64,000 nt of DNA from assembly GCA_000146465.1 (NCBI GenBank), contig CP001948.1; one strand, given 5' to 3'. The notes under the pieces were generated by a model. That model was not told the DNA's origin and ran no database searches. It saw only the letters and a program-made list of their open reading frames with translations. Position 1 is the first letter of the stretch. Every line of letters begins with the position of its first letter. Shown here in pieces: positions 38,628 to 49,119 of this stretch. A program made the position numbers and the translations under genes.

Positions 38628-39869
38628 ATGTTTATTTATATAATAATGAGGTGTGCTCTACTATTTTTTCTTCTTAAGTACGTCTTTTCATCGGTGGAAA
38701 CTGCTTCTTCCGATCCTAAGAAGGGGGTAATGGAAAGCCCTAATCAAGAGATATCATACCGTCCAGGGGGAAGCAACGAGAAGGTTGGGGTGAAGGGAAC
38801 TCAAGTAGAATCAGATGGACTGTCTCTTCGAAGACACACCGATGAGGGAGGATTGGTTGTATTTTTGGCTCCAAATCCTTACGAAGAATGGAGTTTCTCA
38901 TACACTTTTACCAATGCAAAGCTTAGATTCCCACATATAGGTGGTGTGTATCTATGGTATACCTCCGAAATCCAGGACCAGGGAAGTTACAGAGGAGGCC
39001 ATGACCTGTTTGAGGGAATCATGGCAGGTCTTGAGTTTAGAGGATCCCAGCCCGAGATAGTCATGGCAATAAACGATGGGAAGACCAGTCTTGTGGGTTC
39101 AGAAGAAATGACTTTGTATAGAGATACAGTAAACCCGGAAAGACTTAAGGGAGTAAAAGACATCACGGTTAAGGTGATCTCCACACATAAGAATTTTAAA
39201 GTCGAACTATATGACGGAGACAGACTGCTATACGATAGCTTCAGGTATTACCGTAAAGGAACACTAGCAGGAATTGGATCTGGAAAGTACTTTAACATTA
39301 CGTCGTTCTACGACAAAGCACCTTCTGATAGCGTTTATAAGCTCAAAGAGGCACAGCTATTTGAAAGGACAGAGACAAGTGACTACGAAGTTCATAGTAT
39401 TCATGCACCGTCGGTGGACAAAACCCCAAGATCTCCAGACGGAATCATGCATGAAGATGAAGAAGTAAGACATCTTATCTCAAAGATCGAGTATCTGAAT
39501 GAGTATCTCCACCTGGTAGTCGGAGAGCCTCATAACTCATCGTTTGATAAGGTTGTTCACATTCTTTCTGAACAACTCAAAGCATTTACAAAGAAGTTTG
39601 AAGATACCATCACGCCAATAAGAAGTGTAGGAGGTTCGGAGACAAAGCTTATGAATCTGAATGAAAAAATGAATGGGATTGACATAAAACTTCAGAAGAT
39701 TCAAAAAGCATTTGCAGACTTGGATCATGTGGTAGGTTCTCTCAAAAATGACTACAGCCGAAGCTCGAACTTTCTTGTTTACATAATCCTAGGAGTTGGG
39801 GCTGTAGGACTAGGACTTATGGCAATGAAAGAGTATAATGCATTGAAGTTTAGGCAAAAGGCCCTCTGA
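38628..39869 (+). CDS. L-type (legume-like) lectin domain cargo receptor, ERGIC-53/Emp47-like type-I membrane protein
   Basis: A signal peptide is followed by a beta-sandwich region (GGLVVFLAPNPY...GGVYLWYTSE...FEGIMAGLEFRG...DGKTSLVGS), a coiled-coil stalk, and a C-terminal TM segment VYIILGVGAVGLGLMAM with a short tail. ORF-track 38598 is TTG, and the first ATG at 38628 was used. Confidence 0.5.
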   Translation: MFIYIIMRCALLFFLLKYVFSSVETASSDPKKGVMESPNQEISYRPGGSNEKVGVKGTQVESDGLSLRRHTDEGGLVVFLAPNPYEEWSFSYTFTNAKLRFPHIGGVYLWYTSEIQDQGSYRGGHDLFEGIMAGLEFRGSQPEIVMAINDGKTSLVGSEEMTLYRDTVNPERLKGVKDITVKVISTHKNFKVELYDGDRLLYDSFRYYRKGTLAGIGSGKYFNITSFYDKAPSDSVYKLKEAQLFERTETSDYEVHSIHAPSVDKTPRSPDGIMHEDEEVRHLISKIEYLNEYLHLVVGEPHNSSFDKVVHILSEQLKAFTKKFEDTITPIRSVGGSETKLMNLNEKMNGIDIKLQKIQKAFADLDHVVGSLKNDYSRSSNFLVYIILGVGAVGLGLMAMKEYNALKFRQKAL

Positions 39870-39914
39870 GAAATAAATATTTCCGATCATTTTTACTGCT
39901 TTATTAAATAAATA

Positions 39915-40958
39915 ATGTGCGACTCTATCCATATGAGAAGATTCTGGGAGGAAATACAAAAACCATATCTTGCAGTTGCACCTATGGTTGGAAACTCCGA
40001 AGAGGCTTGGCGCAGATTATCAAAGAGACATGGGGCAAATCTATTTTACACAGAGATGGTACATTGTGAATCTTTTTTACGTGGATCCAGGAACCCCGTG
40101 AAGAATCGATGGTACACAACGTCTGAGAGTGATAGGCCTCTGGTAATTCAGATATGCGGAAATTCGCCAAAGACCATGCTAGAAGCAGCTTTGATAATGC
40201 AGAACCATTGTGATGCAATTGATATCAATTTTGGATGTCCACAAAAAGTGGCTAGAAAGGGAGGTTACGGTGCATATCTGCAAGAGAACTGGGATTTGAC
40301 AGAGAGGATAGTGAAGGTTTTATCTACAGGCCTTAATGTTCCTGTCTCCTGTAAGATAAGGGTGTTTGAATCGATAGAAAAGACAGTGGAATATGCAAAG
40401 ATGATAGAGAAGGCTGGATGCTCTTTACTGGCAGTTCATGGTAGAACAAGAGATCAGAAGGGGCCAGCAATGGGGCTTGCGAGCTGGGATCACATCAAGG
40501 CAGTAAAAGAAAACCTAAAAATTCCTGTCCTTTCAAATGGGAACATAATGACTCATGAGGATGTCTGGAAATGCTTGGAATATACGAAGTGCGATGGAGT
40601 GATGGTTGGAGAAGCTCATCTTTACAATCCTCTTATATTCACAGGAGAAAATAAGTCATGTTTAGAGATAATTAGAGAGTATTTGGACATATGCATGGAG
40701 TCTCCTGGATGTGCAGAAACAGGGCACATCAAATCGCACATGTTTAAATTACTGCATAGTTACTTCACCATCAATCCAGAAAAACAACCTGATCTCGATT
40801 CCTGCAGCACCATAGACCAATTTTATAATCTTTATTTAAATCTCGTGAAGGAAGCGGAGTCTGCAGTAAGCAAAGAAGTATATTTAAGCATCTACAAAAT
40901 GGCACCTCTTTCTATTTCTGGCGCGAGCATACATGAAAACAATAGTAAAAACAAATAA
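39915..40958 (+). CDS. DUS1: tRNA-dihydrouridine synthase (Dus1-like)
   Basis: LAVAPMVGNSEEAWR...INFGCPQKVARKGGYGAYL...CKIRV...AGCSLLAVHGRTRDQKG...ASWDHIKAVKENLKIPVLSNGNI is the Dus family TIM barrel. Confidence 0.85.
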   Translation: MCDSIHMRRFWEEIQKPYLAVAPMVGNSEEAWRRLSKRHGANLFYTEMVHCESFLRGSRNPVKNRWYTTSESDRPLVIQICGNSPKTMLEAALIMQNHCDAIDINFGCPQKVARKGGYGAYLQENWDLTERIVKVLSTGLNVPVSCKIRVFESIEKTVEYAKMIEKAGCSLLAVHGRTRDQKGPAMGLASWDHIKAVKENLKIPVLSNGNIMTHEDVWKCLEYTKCDGVMVGEAHLYNPLIFTGENKSCLEIIREYLDICMESPGCAETGHIKSHMFKLLHSYFTINPEKQPDLDSCSTIDQFYNLYLNLVKEAESAVSKEVYLSIYKMAPLSISGASIHENNSKNK

Positions 40959-40991
40959 GAAGTATTATGTCTCTTTATTTATACCCATCAA

Positions 40992-41576
40992 ATGCTTGAA
41001 GAAGATATTATAGCTTTAATAGAGGAAGAGAAGGCCATCGAAGAAGATTTAAAAGCCTGTGAAGAAAGTCTGGAGAATATAGGAGCTCTGGCCATCCGGA
41101 TACAATCGTTTTCTAGATCTGTTTCCAGTTTGGAAACAAACAACCCTGAAGTGGAACGACTATCTAAGCAAGCCGATTTGTTTAACAAGTCTATTCTGAG
41201 ACTTGGAAGCCAGAGATCTAAGAAAAGAAATGAGGAAAAAGAGGAGATGGCCCGATCCAATATAAATGTAGATAGGGAATACATGGAGAACACAAGTGTG
41301 CCCCAGCCGGTTAGTGATGATGACTTTTTTTCGTCCAGCACAAAAAGGATAAATGATGTTCTTATGAATGCAATGGATGCATTTGAGACTGTCAAGAGGC
41401 AAAATATATATATAAACAGAACGAGCGAAAGGATAAAGACTGCACTTGAACGAATAGGCCTTAGCAAACAATTGGTTGATCAGATCGACAAAAGGTATCT
41501 ATCCGACAGAGTCCTTTTCATGGGAGGAATTGTTTTACTGGTTATTATGTTTTTCCTTCTTAGGTTTTTCTTATAG
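40992..41576 (+). CDS. Tail-anchored SNARE (Qb/Qc type, Bos1/Gos1-like)
   Basis: An N-terminal coiled coil, a SNARE heptad region (NDVLMNAMDAFETVKRQNIYINRTSERIKTALERIGLSKQLVDQIDKR), and a C-terminal TM segment IVLLVIMFFLL. Confidence 0.5.
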   Translation: MLEEDIIALIEEEKAIEEDLKACEESLENIGALAIRIQSFSRSVSSLETNNPEVERLSKQADLFNKSILRLGSQRSKKRNEEKEEMARSNINVDREYMENTSVPQPVSDDDFFSSSTKRINDVLMNAMDAFETVKRQNIYINRTSERIKTALERIGLSKQLVDQIDKRYLSDRVLFMGGIVLLVIMFFLLRFFL

Positions 41577-41631
41577 AAGACCCTTTTGGAGAAAAGATAT
41601 CGAATTTACACATTAAAATTTTCTTTTAGGG

Positions 41632-42351
41632 CTATTCTTGTGTTTTCTTCTGGCCAACGAGTCTGTCAATTCTTTGGGTTATCCTTTTTGTGTTGAATCT
41701 AAACCTGGATTTTCTCATGGCCTCAAGTAGATATGAAGCTCTTTTGAAAGCGGCTGAAACAATAGAATATCCTCTTCTATATTCCCCCTTTGTCAGCTTC
41801 TTTATCGATAACCACTTGATCTCTTCGATTTCTTTTCTCGTCTGGGCTTCAAATGGAAAGGATGGCCTGACATTGAATACAAAGTAAAGGGTAATCTTAT
41901 CGAATATCGTTATTGGGAGATTACATATTTTGTTCTGCACATCGTAACCGGTTTCCTCATAAACTTCTCTGATAGCACAGCTTGTACCATCCTCATCCAT
42001 GCATTTCTTTCCCTTTGGGAAGGAGTAATTCTTTGTTTTCTTCTTTTCCTTAACAGCCAGTACATGAGAAATGTTAGAGTCCACAAGAATCGCTCCATAG
42101 ACCTTTACAGACTGCCTGTATCTAACGAAGCTTTTAAGAGCCTCCTCGATGTTCACCTTGATCCCAACATGATCCAAAAGCTGGCGGCTGAAGTCTCCAA
42201 ACGAGGTGTCCAAAATTTTATAGTTGTCTATCAAGAACCAATGGGCTTCCTCTACTGCAAAGAAGAGCCTCTCGACTGCATTTTTTTCCTGGTCTTCCAG
42301 ACCTAGTAGGAACCTCGAGGCTATACTATCTAAAATATCTGGCGAGATCAT
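41632..42351 (-). CDS. DCP2: mRNA-decapping enzyme Dcp2 (Box A plus Nudix)
   Basis: Box A DILDSIASRFLLGLEDQEKNAVERLFFAVEEAHWFLIDNY. Nudix box FPKGKKCMDEDGTSCAIREVYEETGYD. The internal ATG at 42351 was chosen because the ORF-track start at 42438 overlaps the Rpt2 start. Confidence 0.75.
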   Translation of the reverse strand: MISPDILDSIASRFLLGLEDQEKNAVERLFFAVEEAHWFLIDNYKILDTSFGDFSRQLLDHVGIKVNIEEALKSFVRYRQSVKVYGAILVDSNISHVLAVKEKKKTKNYSFPKGKKCMDEDGTSCAIREVYEETGYDVQNKICNLPITIFDKITLYFVFNVRPSFPFEAQTRKEIEEIKWLSIKKLTKGEYRRGYSIVSAAFKRASYLLEAMRKSRFRFNTKRITQRIDRLVGQKKTQE

Positions 42352-42395
42352 TTGGGGCTCTGTGAATTCTATTTTGACACAATACAAGCCCTTGG

Positions 42396-43670
42396 ATGAG
42401 TAGAGACAAATCAGAGCAGGATAATCTTCAAGACACAACTACAATAAACTTGAAGAGACGTAAAAGAGTGAAGGAAAGTAAGGCAGCTTCTAAACCTCCA
42501 CAGGTATATCCTCAGATGAAGTGTAAACTAAGGTACTTGAAATTGAAGAAACTAGCTCATTTGTTGTCATTGGAGGACAGTATATTGAGCTTGTGCGAGC
42601 CTGACAAGTCCTCCGAAGGATCCAACAGCCAAAAGCATGTTGTCGAGCAACTTCGTGGGAGTCCTCTCTCTGTTGGGACACTTGAAGAGTTTATTGACGA
42701 CCATCATGGAATAATTACTACTGGTGTTGGCTTGGAGTACTATGTCAATATAATGTCCTTTGTTGACAAAGACTTGCTTGAGCCTGGATGTACTGTTCTT
42801 TTGAACTATAAAGACAACAGTGTTGTGGGAGTTCTGGAAGGAGAAATGGATCCTATGGTTAATGTAATGAAATTAGAAAAGGCACCTTCTGAGACTTACG
42901 CAGATATAGGAGGTCTTGAGGAGCAAATCCAGGAAATTAAGGAGAGTGTTGAACTTCCGCTTATTAATCCAGAGCTTTACCAGGAAATGGGGATAAAGCC
43001 CCCAAAGGGGGTAATTTTATATGGGCTTCCTGGAACAGGAAAGACTCTTCTAGCTAAGGCTGTGGCAAACCAGACGTCTGCAACCTTCCTTAGGGTTGTT
43101 GGAACAGAACTGATACAGGAGTACCTTGGAGAGGGGCCAAAGCTTGTTCGAGAACTTTTTAGGGTTGCCGACATGCATGCTCCATCGATAATCTTCATCG
43201 ACGAGATAGATGCAATTGGAGGAAGAAGATACAACACATCCTCTGGGGGTAGAAGAGAGGTTCAGAGGACAATGTTAGAGCTCCTGAATCAGCTGGACGG
43301 ATTTGATACTAGGAATGATATCAAGGTGATAATGGCTACTAATAAGATAGAGGCTCTTGATCCGGCTTTGATCAGGCCTGGAAGAATCGACAGAAAGATC
43401 GAATTTGGAATGCCAGACGCAGCTACAAAGAAGAAAATCTTCGATATTCACACTTCAAGAATGACTTTGGATGAAAGTGTAAATATCGAATCTTTGATAA
43501 CAAGTAAGGAGGATTTGAGTGGTGCTGACATAAAGGCTATATGCACGGAAGCTGGGATGATAGCATTAAGAGAAAGAAGAAAAACTGTTACAATGAAAGA
43601 TTTTATTTCTGCAAGAGAAAAGGTATTCTTTTCAAAACAGAAAATGGTCTCAGCCGGGCTTTATTCTTGA
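42396..43670 (+). CDS. RPT2: 26S proteasome regulatory subunit Rpt2 (PSMC1/S4 AAA-ATPase)
   Basis: [91 protein letters not shown] is near-identical to Rpt2 orthologues. The C-terminal GLYS-type tail is present. Confidence 0.9.
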   Translation: MSRDKSEQDNLQDTTTINLKRRKRVKESKAASKPPQVYPQMKCKLRYLKLKKLAHLLSLEDSILSLCEPDKSSEGSNSQKHVVEQLRGSPLSVGTLEEFIDDHHGIITTGVGLEYYVNIMSFVDKDLLEPGCTVLLNYKDNSVVGVLEGEMDPMVNVMKLEKAPSETYADIGGLEEQIQEIKESVELPLINPELYQEMGIKPPKGVILYGLPGTGKTLLAKAVANQTSATFLRVVGTELIQEYLGEGPKLVRELFRVADMHAPSIIFIDEIDAIGGRRYNTSSGGRREVQRTMLELLNQLDGFDTRNDIKVIMATNKIEALDPALIRPGRIDRKIEFGMPDAATKKKIFDIHTSRMTLDESVNIESLITSKEDLSGADIKAICTEAGMIALRERRKTVTMKDFISAREKVFFSKQKMVSAGLYS

Positions 43671-43722
43671 ATAAATTGTTCCTTACCACACTCGTATTTC
43701 TCTTCTTAAGGTTGAGCTATTT

Positions 43723-43941
43723 TCAGCCGGAGCTATTCCTCTGAAACTTCTCTATTTGTTTCAGCAATAGATTGATCCTATTCCCAGTCACCGGCTGGTT
43801 TCTTCTAGTTTTCTGCATGTACAATCTCCTTTGAACGGCTTTTTGTGCTCGAATTCTTTCTATCTCTTCCTCAGTTTTTCTATTTTCTCTTTTCCGAATG
43901 GATTTGTCTTGTTTTTTTCCATCTTCTTTTCTATACTTCAT
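43723..43941 (-). CDS. Small basic protein (72 aa), hypothetical
   Basis: ATG confirmed. Very K/R/E-rich. It fits the 17-bp gap before the next gene. Its function is unknown, and it could be a spurious ORF. Confidence 0.3.
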   Translation of the reverse strand: MKYRKEDGKKQDKSIRKRENRKTEEEIERIRAQKAVQRRLYMQKTRRNQPVTGNRINLLLKQIEKFQRNSSG

Positions 43942-43957
43942 CGAGGCTAAGAGACTA

Positions 43958-44419
43958 TTATTTTTTTATGAACCGATTAGCTTTCATTTTGGATCCAATA
44001 AATATGTACTCTATTCCATTATGAGGAATTATGAAATCAGTTGTTCCCTTTAAGTAAGTTTTTACCGAGTTATTTTCCAGGACAACAACTATCGAATTGG
44101 CTCTTTCTTCGACTATTATTCCATGCGTTCCTCCCACAACCTTGATCTTTGCACCTGTTAGCTCACACATGTACATTTTGTTTACAAAAGTTGATGGGCT
44201 CATTCCTCCCTTTAACTCGGATAGATACTCAGTAAACTTTTTACTTATCTCCACGAAGTCCTTATATCTTATTTTTTGTCTTTCAACACTTGGAATCCCT
44301 GCGGTCTGTTTCCTTTTGGAAGTTTTGACGCTTTTGTTTGCCAACGAAAATCTTTGGGAAAGAGCTCGAATGGTTTCCTTCCTCATGTACGAGCCATAAT
44401 GATCCTCTACGCTAAACAT
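43958..44419 (-). CDS. POP4: RNase P/MRP protein subunit Pop4/Rpp29
   Basis: The C-terminal LTGAKIKVVGGTHGIIVEERANSIVVVLENNSVKTYLKGTTDFIIP matches the Rpp29 beta-barrel signature. The ORF-track 5' extension (aa 1 to 83) is hydrophobic junk lying antisense to a coiled-coil gene, so I used an internal ATG. Confidence 0.55.
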   Translation of the reverse strand: MFSVEDHYGSYMRKETIRALSQRFSLANKSVKTSKRKQTAGIPSVERQKIRYKDFVEISKKFTEYLSELKGGMSPSTFVNKMYMCELTGAKIKVVGGTHGIIVEERANSIVVVLENNSVKTYLKGTTDFIIPHNGIEYIFIGSKMKANRFIKK

Positions 44420-44468
44420 CTCGCCTTTGCCTGGGGATAGAAAATGCATCAATGTTGCATTAAGTTCC

Positions 44469-44738
44469 ATGGAGAAGAAGAACAGAGAGCTGGCTAGAGA
44501 AAACACAGAACTCAAAAAAAAGATTACATCTATGAAGAGGATCGAGGGAGACTTACTGAAGGACAAGATAAAAAAGGAGTACTTTGGATTTAGGGTATGG
44601 AAGAGGATTTCTGGAGAGCTTGAAAAAAACATTAATATGGTTGAGAATGTACTGTCCAGTCTTAAGAACCTTAAGATGGATATTCCCAAGAACGGGCCAG
44701 AAGAGGTTTTAGGGGACAAGTCGAATCAGAAGGAATAA
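44469..44738 (+). CDS. Small coiled-coil protein, hypothetical
   Basis: ORF-track 44427 is TTG, and the first ATG gives MEKKNRELARENTELKKKITSMKRIEG.... The composition is protein-like, unlike the antisense frame. Confidence 0.4.
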   Translation: MEKKNRELARENTELKKKITSMKRIEGDLLKDKIKKEYFGFRVWKRISGELEKNINMVENVLSSLKNLKMDIPKNGPEEVLGDKSNQKE

Positions 44739-44801
44739 GTCTTCCCAATGCATCTTATTGCTGGGAGTAGTAGATTTCCAACTTATTATTTCAAGCCCTA
44801 G

Positions 44802-46229
44802 ATGGTGCCAATAACACAAAGGATAGTGGAAGCTTTGAAGGTACAGGATGAAGTAAGATCTTCTGATATTGAAGGGCTTTATTCGGAGGTACATGGAGCA
44901 TTGATAAGCCTTGAGAGCAAAGGGATATGCAACTTGAGAAAGGAGGAATCGTATGAGGAAGTGTTGACTTCTGAAGGAGAAAAAATAGAGAAGAATGGAA
45001 GCCAAGAGTATTTGCTCTTTCAATCGATAGGAGAAGATGGAATAAGTACCGACAAACTGTCAGGACATGAGGTGGGAAAGATGAATGCATTCAAGAATAA
45101 ATGGATAAGAAAAGAGGGAGACAAAATTTTTCGAAATAGAGAAGATGTTGAAGACATGGTTCGGAATATGGTTTTAAGCATGAAAAAAGGTACAGCTTCT
45201 GCAGAGGAGATAGAGTTATTGAGGAAAAGGAAGCTAGTGGCAGTGAAGAAAAACATTACGTTCATAGTAACGAAGGGTCCTATGTTCTTTGATAGTACTT
45301 CATATGCAGCTGAGCTAACATCGGAAATGATTCTAGACGGGACCTATAAAAACCTTAGTTTCAAACACTACAATTTCAATACCACAGGAAACATTCCTCG
45401 ATGTGGATCGATTCATCCTCTTATGAAGATAAAAGAAGATTTCAAAAGAATATTCATTGAGTTAGGATTTAGTGAGATGTCGACAAACCAATATGTCGAA
45501 TCGTCTTTTTGGAATTTTGACGCATTGTTTCAGCCGCAGAACCATCCATCCAGAGATGCACATGATACTTTTTTCCTTTCGGACCCCGAACTAAGCTCTA
45601 GATTTCCAGAAAACTATCTTGAAGAGGTTAAGGAAACACACTGTGGAGGAAGGCATGGATCCTTAGGATATATGAACAGCTGGGACATTAAAGAGGCGCA
45701 AAAAAACATATTAAGAACACATACAACATCGGTCAGCGCTAGAAACCTATATCAACTTGCAAAAAAAGAATTCAAGCCTGTGAAGCTCTTTTCGATTGAC
45801 AAGGTTTTTCGAAATGAGAGTGTGGATGCAACGCATCTTGCTGAATTCCACCAAGTAGAGGGTCTGATTGCAGGAAAGGGTTTAAACATAACTCATCTCA
45901 TGGGAATTCTTCAAGAGTTTTTCAACCGACTTGGGATGAGCGACATCCGATTCAAGCCCGCATTCAATCCGTATACAGAGCCCTCGATGGAGGTGTTTGG
46001 GTACCATAAAGGGATGAACCGATGGATGGAAGTTGGAAACTCGGGGATGTTTCGGCCGGAAATGCTAGGGCCCATGGGATTTGATCCTGATATAAATGTC
46101 ATTGCATGGGGATTGTCTTTGGAAAGACCTGCCATGATAAAATATGGACTAAAGAATATCAGGGAGCTTGTTGGGCATAAGGTCGACATCGAATTCTCCA
46201 GAAAAAGCAAAATATGTTTCTTTGATTAA
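44802..46229 (+). CDS. FRS2: Phenylalanyl-tRNA synthetase alpha subunit (cytoplasmic)
   Basis: HPLMKIKEDFKRIFIELGFSEM...FDALFQPQNHPSRDAHDTFFL...FRPEMLGPMG...FNPYTEPSMEV are class II PheRS-alpha motifs. Confidence 0.9.
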   Translation: MVPITQRIVEALKVQDEVRSSDIEGLYSEVHGALISLESKGICNLRKEESYEEVLTSEGEKIEKNGSQEYLLFQSIGEDGISTDKLSGHEVGKMNAFKNKWIRKEGDKIFRNREDVEDMVRNMVLSMKKGTASAEEIELLRKRKLVAVKKNITFIVTKGPMFFDSTSYAAELTSEMILDGTYKNLSFKHYNFNTTGNIPRCGSIHPLMKIKEDFKRIFIELGFSEMSTNQYVESSFWNFDALFQPQNHPSRDAHDTFFLSDPELSSRFPENYLEEVKETHCGGRHGSLGYMNSWDIKEAQKNILRTHTTSVSARNLYQLAKKEFKPVKLFSIDKVFRNESVDATHLAEFHQVEGLIAGKGLNITHLMGILQEFFNRLGMSDIRFKPAFNPYTEPSMEVFGYHKGMNRWMEVGNSGMFRPEMLGPMGFDPDINVIAWGLSLERPAMIKYGLKNIRELVGHKVDIEFSRKSKICFFD

Positions 46230-46267
46230 ACACTATCTATATTATCAATGCAGGTTCCCCCTTCCGA

Positions 46268-49075
46268 ATGTTTTACTTAAGTCGAGCTGTTGTGAACATG
46301 GATCTCTATATGAAAGTATTATGCAACTCGTCAGACATATACTTAGTGCAATCTTCGTCGATAGCTATTTATACAATTAAGCATGGAAAGCTAATATATG
46401 TAAGGAAGACAGAATTTTTTGATGTGATCAAGTCGGCAGTCATTATTGGAAACGAGCTTCTTGTAGTCTTCAACGGATACATTGTATTTCTGGACAGATT
46501 TCTTGATGAAAGGACCCGGTACAGACTTGGAAGAAGCTCCGTAGACTATAGACACGTTGGAGCATACATTGCATGTGGAAAATCCAGTATCTGTCTTACA
46601 TCTTTTTTTGGGAACATGACTTTCTGTACCCTTGGAAGTGGCTTGGAGAGTCCTATCGAATACTCTGCTGACAAGAGTGTAATTATCGACTTCAAGAGCG
46701 TGGAAGGGACAGGACAGTACATTTCATTAGAAAAGAACCCAAAGGGAACATTTGCCAAGATTTATGAGCATAGTCCGGAAATTATAGAAGTATTAAGGGA
46801 AATAAGTGTTCCTGGAGGATACATGATTGTTCCATTAAAAGATAGATTTGCAGTATTTTCAACGAATAGGGTATTCCTTTTTAGAAGAAATGAAGAAGTT
46901 GAAATCTATAAGGTTTCGAAAGGACGAGTTGGAAGCTTAGACTTGGCCCTTGATGAGGGAAATGGAGAATGCAGATGCTCAGATACTTTGGAAGAGAAGA
47001 TGTTTACATGTTATACGTCATATTGTGATGAAAAATGTTTGTTGACGTTGATTGTGGATGAAGATGGAGAGCTTTTCAATCTTAATACCACCTATGGTCT
47101 AAAGATGGAACATGTAGGAAAGATCAATCCTTCAAAGGATATAGCAATCCATTCTTCTGGACTCTTAGTTTCAATAGGCTATAATTCCGATAACTGTATA
47201 TATTATATAGAGAGAAAAGAGGGGAAAATTAGTCTTAAGCTGGTTGCCATGATTGAGACGATAAGAAGATTCAATACTTCTACAATGGTTTTCGATGGAG
47301 TATATCATACCTATGTCTCTGATGGAAAGTACATAGGAGAGATAGTTGAGAAAACACCTATTTCTTTTCGGAGCGAATTGAACCTTTTTGAAAATGGGAA
47401 GGAAAAGATAGTAAGAGGTTTGTTCAATTGTGGAGCGTTTGTATGTGCCCAATACGAAGATGAAGTCCATTGCCTCTACTTAGAAGGAGAAGAGTTAACA
47501 AGTATATATAAGTTTGTGTCTGATGACGAGATAATTGGATATTTCAGGTTGGGAAGGATTGACTTTTACATGTCTGGAGGGTTAGTTAGGGCATACGAGA
47601 TGAATGGGGAAGGAGAGTTAGACACAAAGGAATATAAAATCGATTACACCTCATTTTCATCAAACTCTCATTGTATATTTCTTGGACAGAGAAATAAAAT
47701 AATCAAGCTAGGATCTGAGGGGCTAGAAACTATTGAAATAGAGTTTGCTATCAAAGAAATGGAATCTGACGAGAGATATTTATTCATACTGACTGGAAAA
47801 AGAGTCCTTAGAGTATACAGTATAGATGGTAGGAAATTTGTATTTATCCAGTCGTTCCGTTTTGATGTGATATTTCTGTCGGTGTTTGATGGATACCTAT
47901 ATACGATCGGATCGGATATATATAAGTTTCAAATAAAAGAGGATGGATCTCTCTCTCTTCCTATAAGAATGAAAGAGGCAGGAAGGCCCATAGGGAAGAA
48001 GGAAAGATTGATAATATTTGATTCGCAAGTTATGGATCTAAAGTACGAAGGAATTTTAAACATTGATGGATGGAAGAGTATCTTTTCAAGAGATATGATA
48101 TTGGCTTCAAATGAGCATGGGATAAAAGTTTATGAGTACAGGAAACATAAAGTAGTCCTTGTCGATGAGATTAGCAAAGAAAAAGATTGTAAAATTTTGG
48201 GTAAGGAGCAGATGTATATCGATAACAACCTAGATGGATTTGTAATAAGAAGATTTAACGGATCTTCCGTAATAGAAGGACATGGCGAGGCCATTGGATT
48301 TTCCTCTTCTGAATACCAAATTGTTTCCATGCGCAGGATCATACCAGGTCTTGAAAAACCCGAAAGTAAATGCTTCTTAAAGATATACAAAGAAGGAAGT
48401 TTCATGTACGATTTTGAAACACCTTACAGGATTGATATAACTTACACAAGCAGAGGAGAAGTTTATTGTAGTGAGGAAAACAGACTTTATTGCTATGAAG
48501 TAGGAGTGAAGTCATTGCTCAGAAAGTTTAAGTTAAAGTTTCCATCAAAAATAAGCGGAATATGCTCTGACAGGGACAAACTATTTGTCGGAACAGAAAA
48601 GGACTCTGTATTCATGGTAAAGGACAGAAGAATTGTTTGTAGAGATAAGTTTCCAAGACGAGTGGTAGCCTTGGAGAGAATGAATGATGGGAATTTAGTG
48701 GTTGGAGATTGGGCAGGAAATATAATTGTCATGGAGGTTAAGGACGATTCCTTAATCTCGGGAGCATCAATATTCGTCAATGACATGGTTGTTCAATTTA
48801 TTTCTCAGGACAAAGTCTTTGGAATATGCATGAGCGGAAAAGTAGTCGAGATAGTGGAGATTGGAGAGGAGTTGTTTGAGTTTCTTGAGACTATCGGGGA
48901 GAAGATAACTGAGGCCTTAAATAGGCCATTTTTTCAGGCTTTTAGGAGAAATAGATTTATCAACTCGGAGTACATCAAAGAGTTCAGTAAACTGAGTGAG
49001 CAGCAAATCAAGGAAGTACTGGAAAAAACGAATGTAGATATCGAAAAGATATTTGAAGTGGTTAATGCAATATAA
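46268..49075 (+). CDS. CPSF-A/DDB1/SF3b130 (Rse1) family triple beta-propeller protein, reduced to 935 aa
   Basis: The N-terminal strand pattern YLVQSSSIAIYTIKHGKLIYVRK matches the family. The C-terminal EYIKEFSKLSEQQIKEVLEKTNVDIEKIFEVVNAI matches the CPSF_A C-terminal helical motif. The subtype is unresolved. Confidence 0.5.
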   Translation: MFYLSRAVVNMDLYMKVLCNSSDIYLVQSSSIAIYTIKHGKLIYVRKTEFFDVIKSAVIIGNELLVVFNGYIVFLDRFLDERTRYRLGRSSVDYRHVGAYIACGKSSICLTSFFGNMTFCTLGSGLESPIEYSADKSVIIDFKSVEGTGQYISLEKNPKGTFAKIYEHSPEIIEVLREISVPGGYMIVPLKDRFAVFSTNRVFLFRRNEEVEIYKVSKGRVGSLDLALDEGNGECRCSDTLEEKMFTCYTSYCDEKCLLTLIVDEDGELFNLNTTYGLKMEHVGKINPSKDIAIHSSGLLVSIGYNSDNCIYYIERKEGKISLKLVAMIETIRRFNTSTMVFDGVYHTYVSDGKYIGEIVEKTPISFRSELNLFENGKEKIVRGLFNCGAFVCAQYEDEVHCLYLEGEELTSIYKFVSDDEIIGYFRLGRIDFYMSGGLVRAYEMNGEGELDTKEYKIDYTSFSSNSHCIFLGQRNKIIKLGSEGLETIEIEFAIKEMESDERYLFILTGKRVLRVYSIDGRKFVFIQSFRFDVIFLSVFDGYLYTIGSDIYKFQIKEDGSLSLPIRMKEAGRPIGKKERLIIFDSQVMDLKYEGILNIDGWKSIFSRDMILASNEHGIKVYEYRKHKVVLVDEISKEKDCKILGKEQMYIDNNLDGFVIRRFNGSSVIEGHGEAIGFSSSEYQIVSMRRIIPGLEKPESKCFLKIYKEGSFMYDFETPYRIDITYTSRGEVYCSEENRLYCYEVGVKSLLRKFKLKFPSKISGICSDRDKLFVGTEKDSVFMVKDRRIVCRDKFPRRVVALERMNDGNLVVGDWAGNIIVMEVKDDSLISGASIFVNDMVVQFISQDKVFGICMSGKVVEIVEIGEELFEFLETIGEKITEALNRPFFQAFRRNRFINSEYIKEFSKLSEQQIKEVLEKTNVDIEKIFEVVNAI

Positions 49076-49119
49076 AATTTATTTCTTAAAAATTTACATC
49101 AGGAAAATACCCATTTAAA

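Noticed and set aside
42352-42438. The 5' extension of the Dcp2 ORF ([29 protein letters not shown]) and of the eIF5 ORF (5548..5805)
   Set aside because: The extensions overlap the start of the divergently transcribed neighbours (RPT2, SPB1) and precede the conserved N-termini. Internal ATGs give orthologue-like N-termini.
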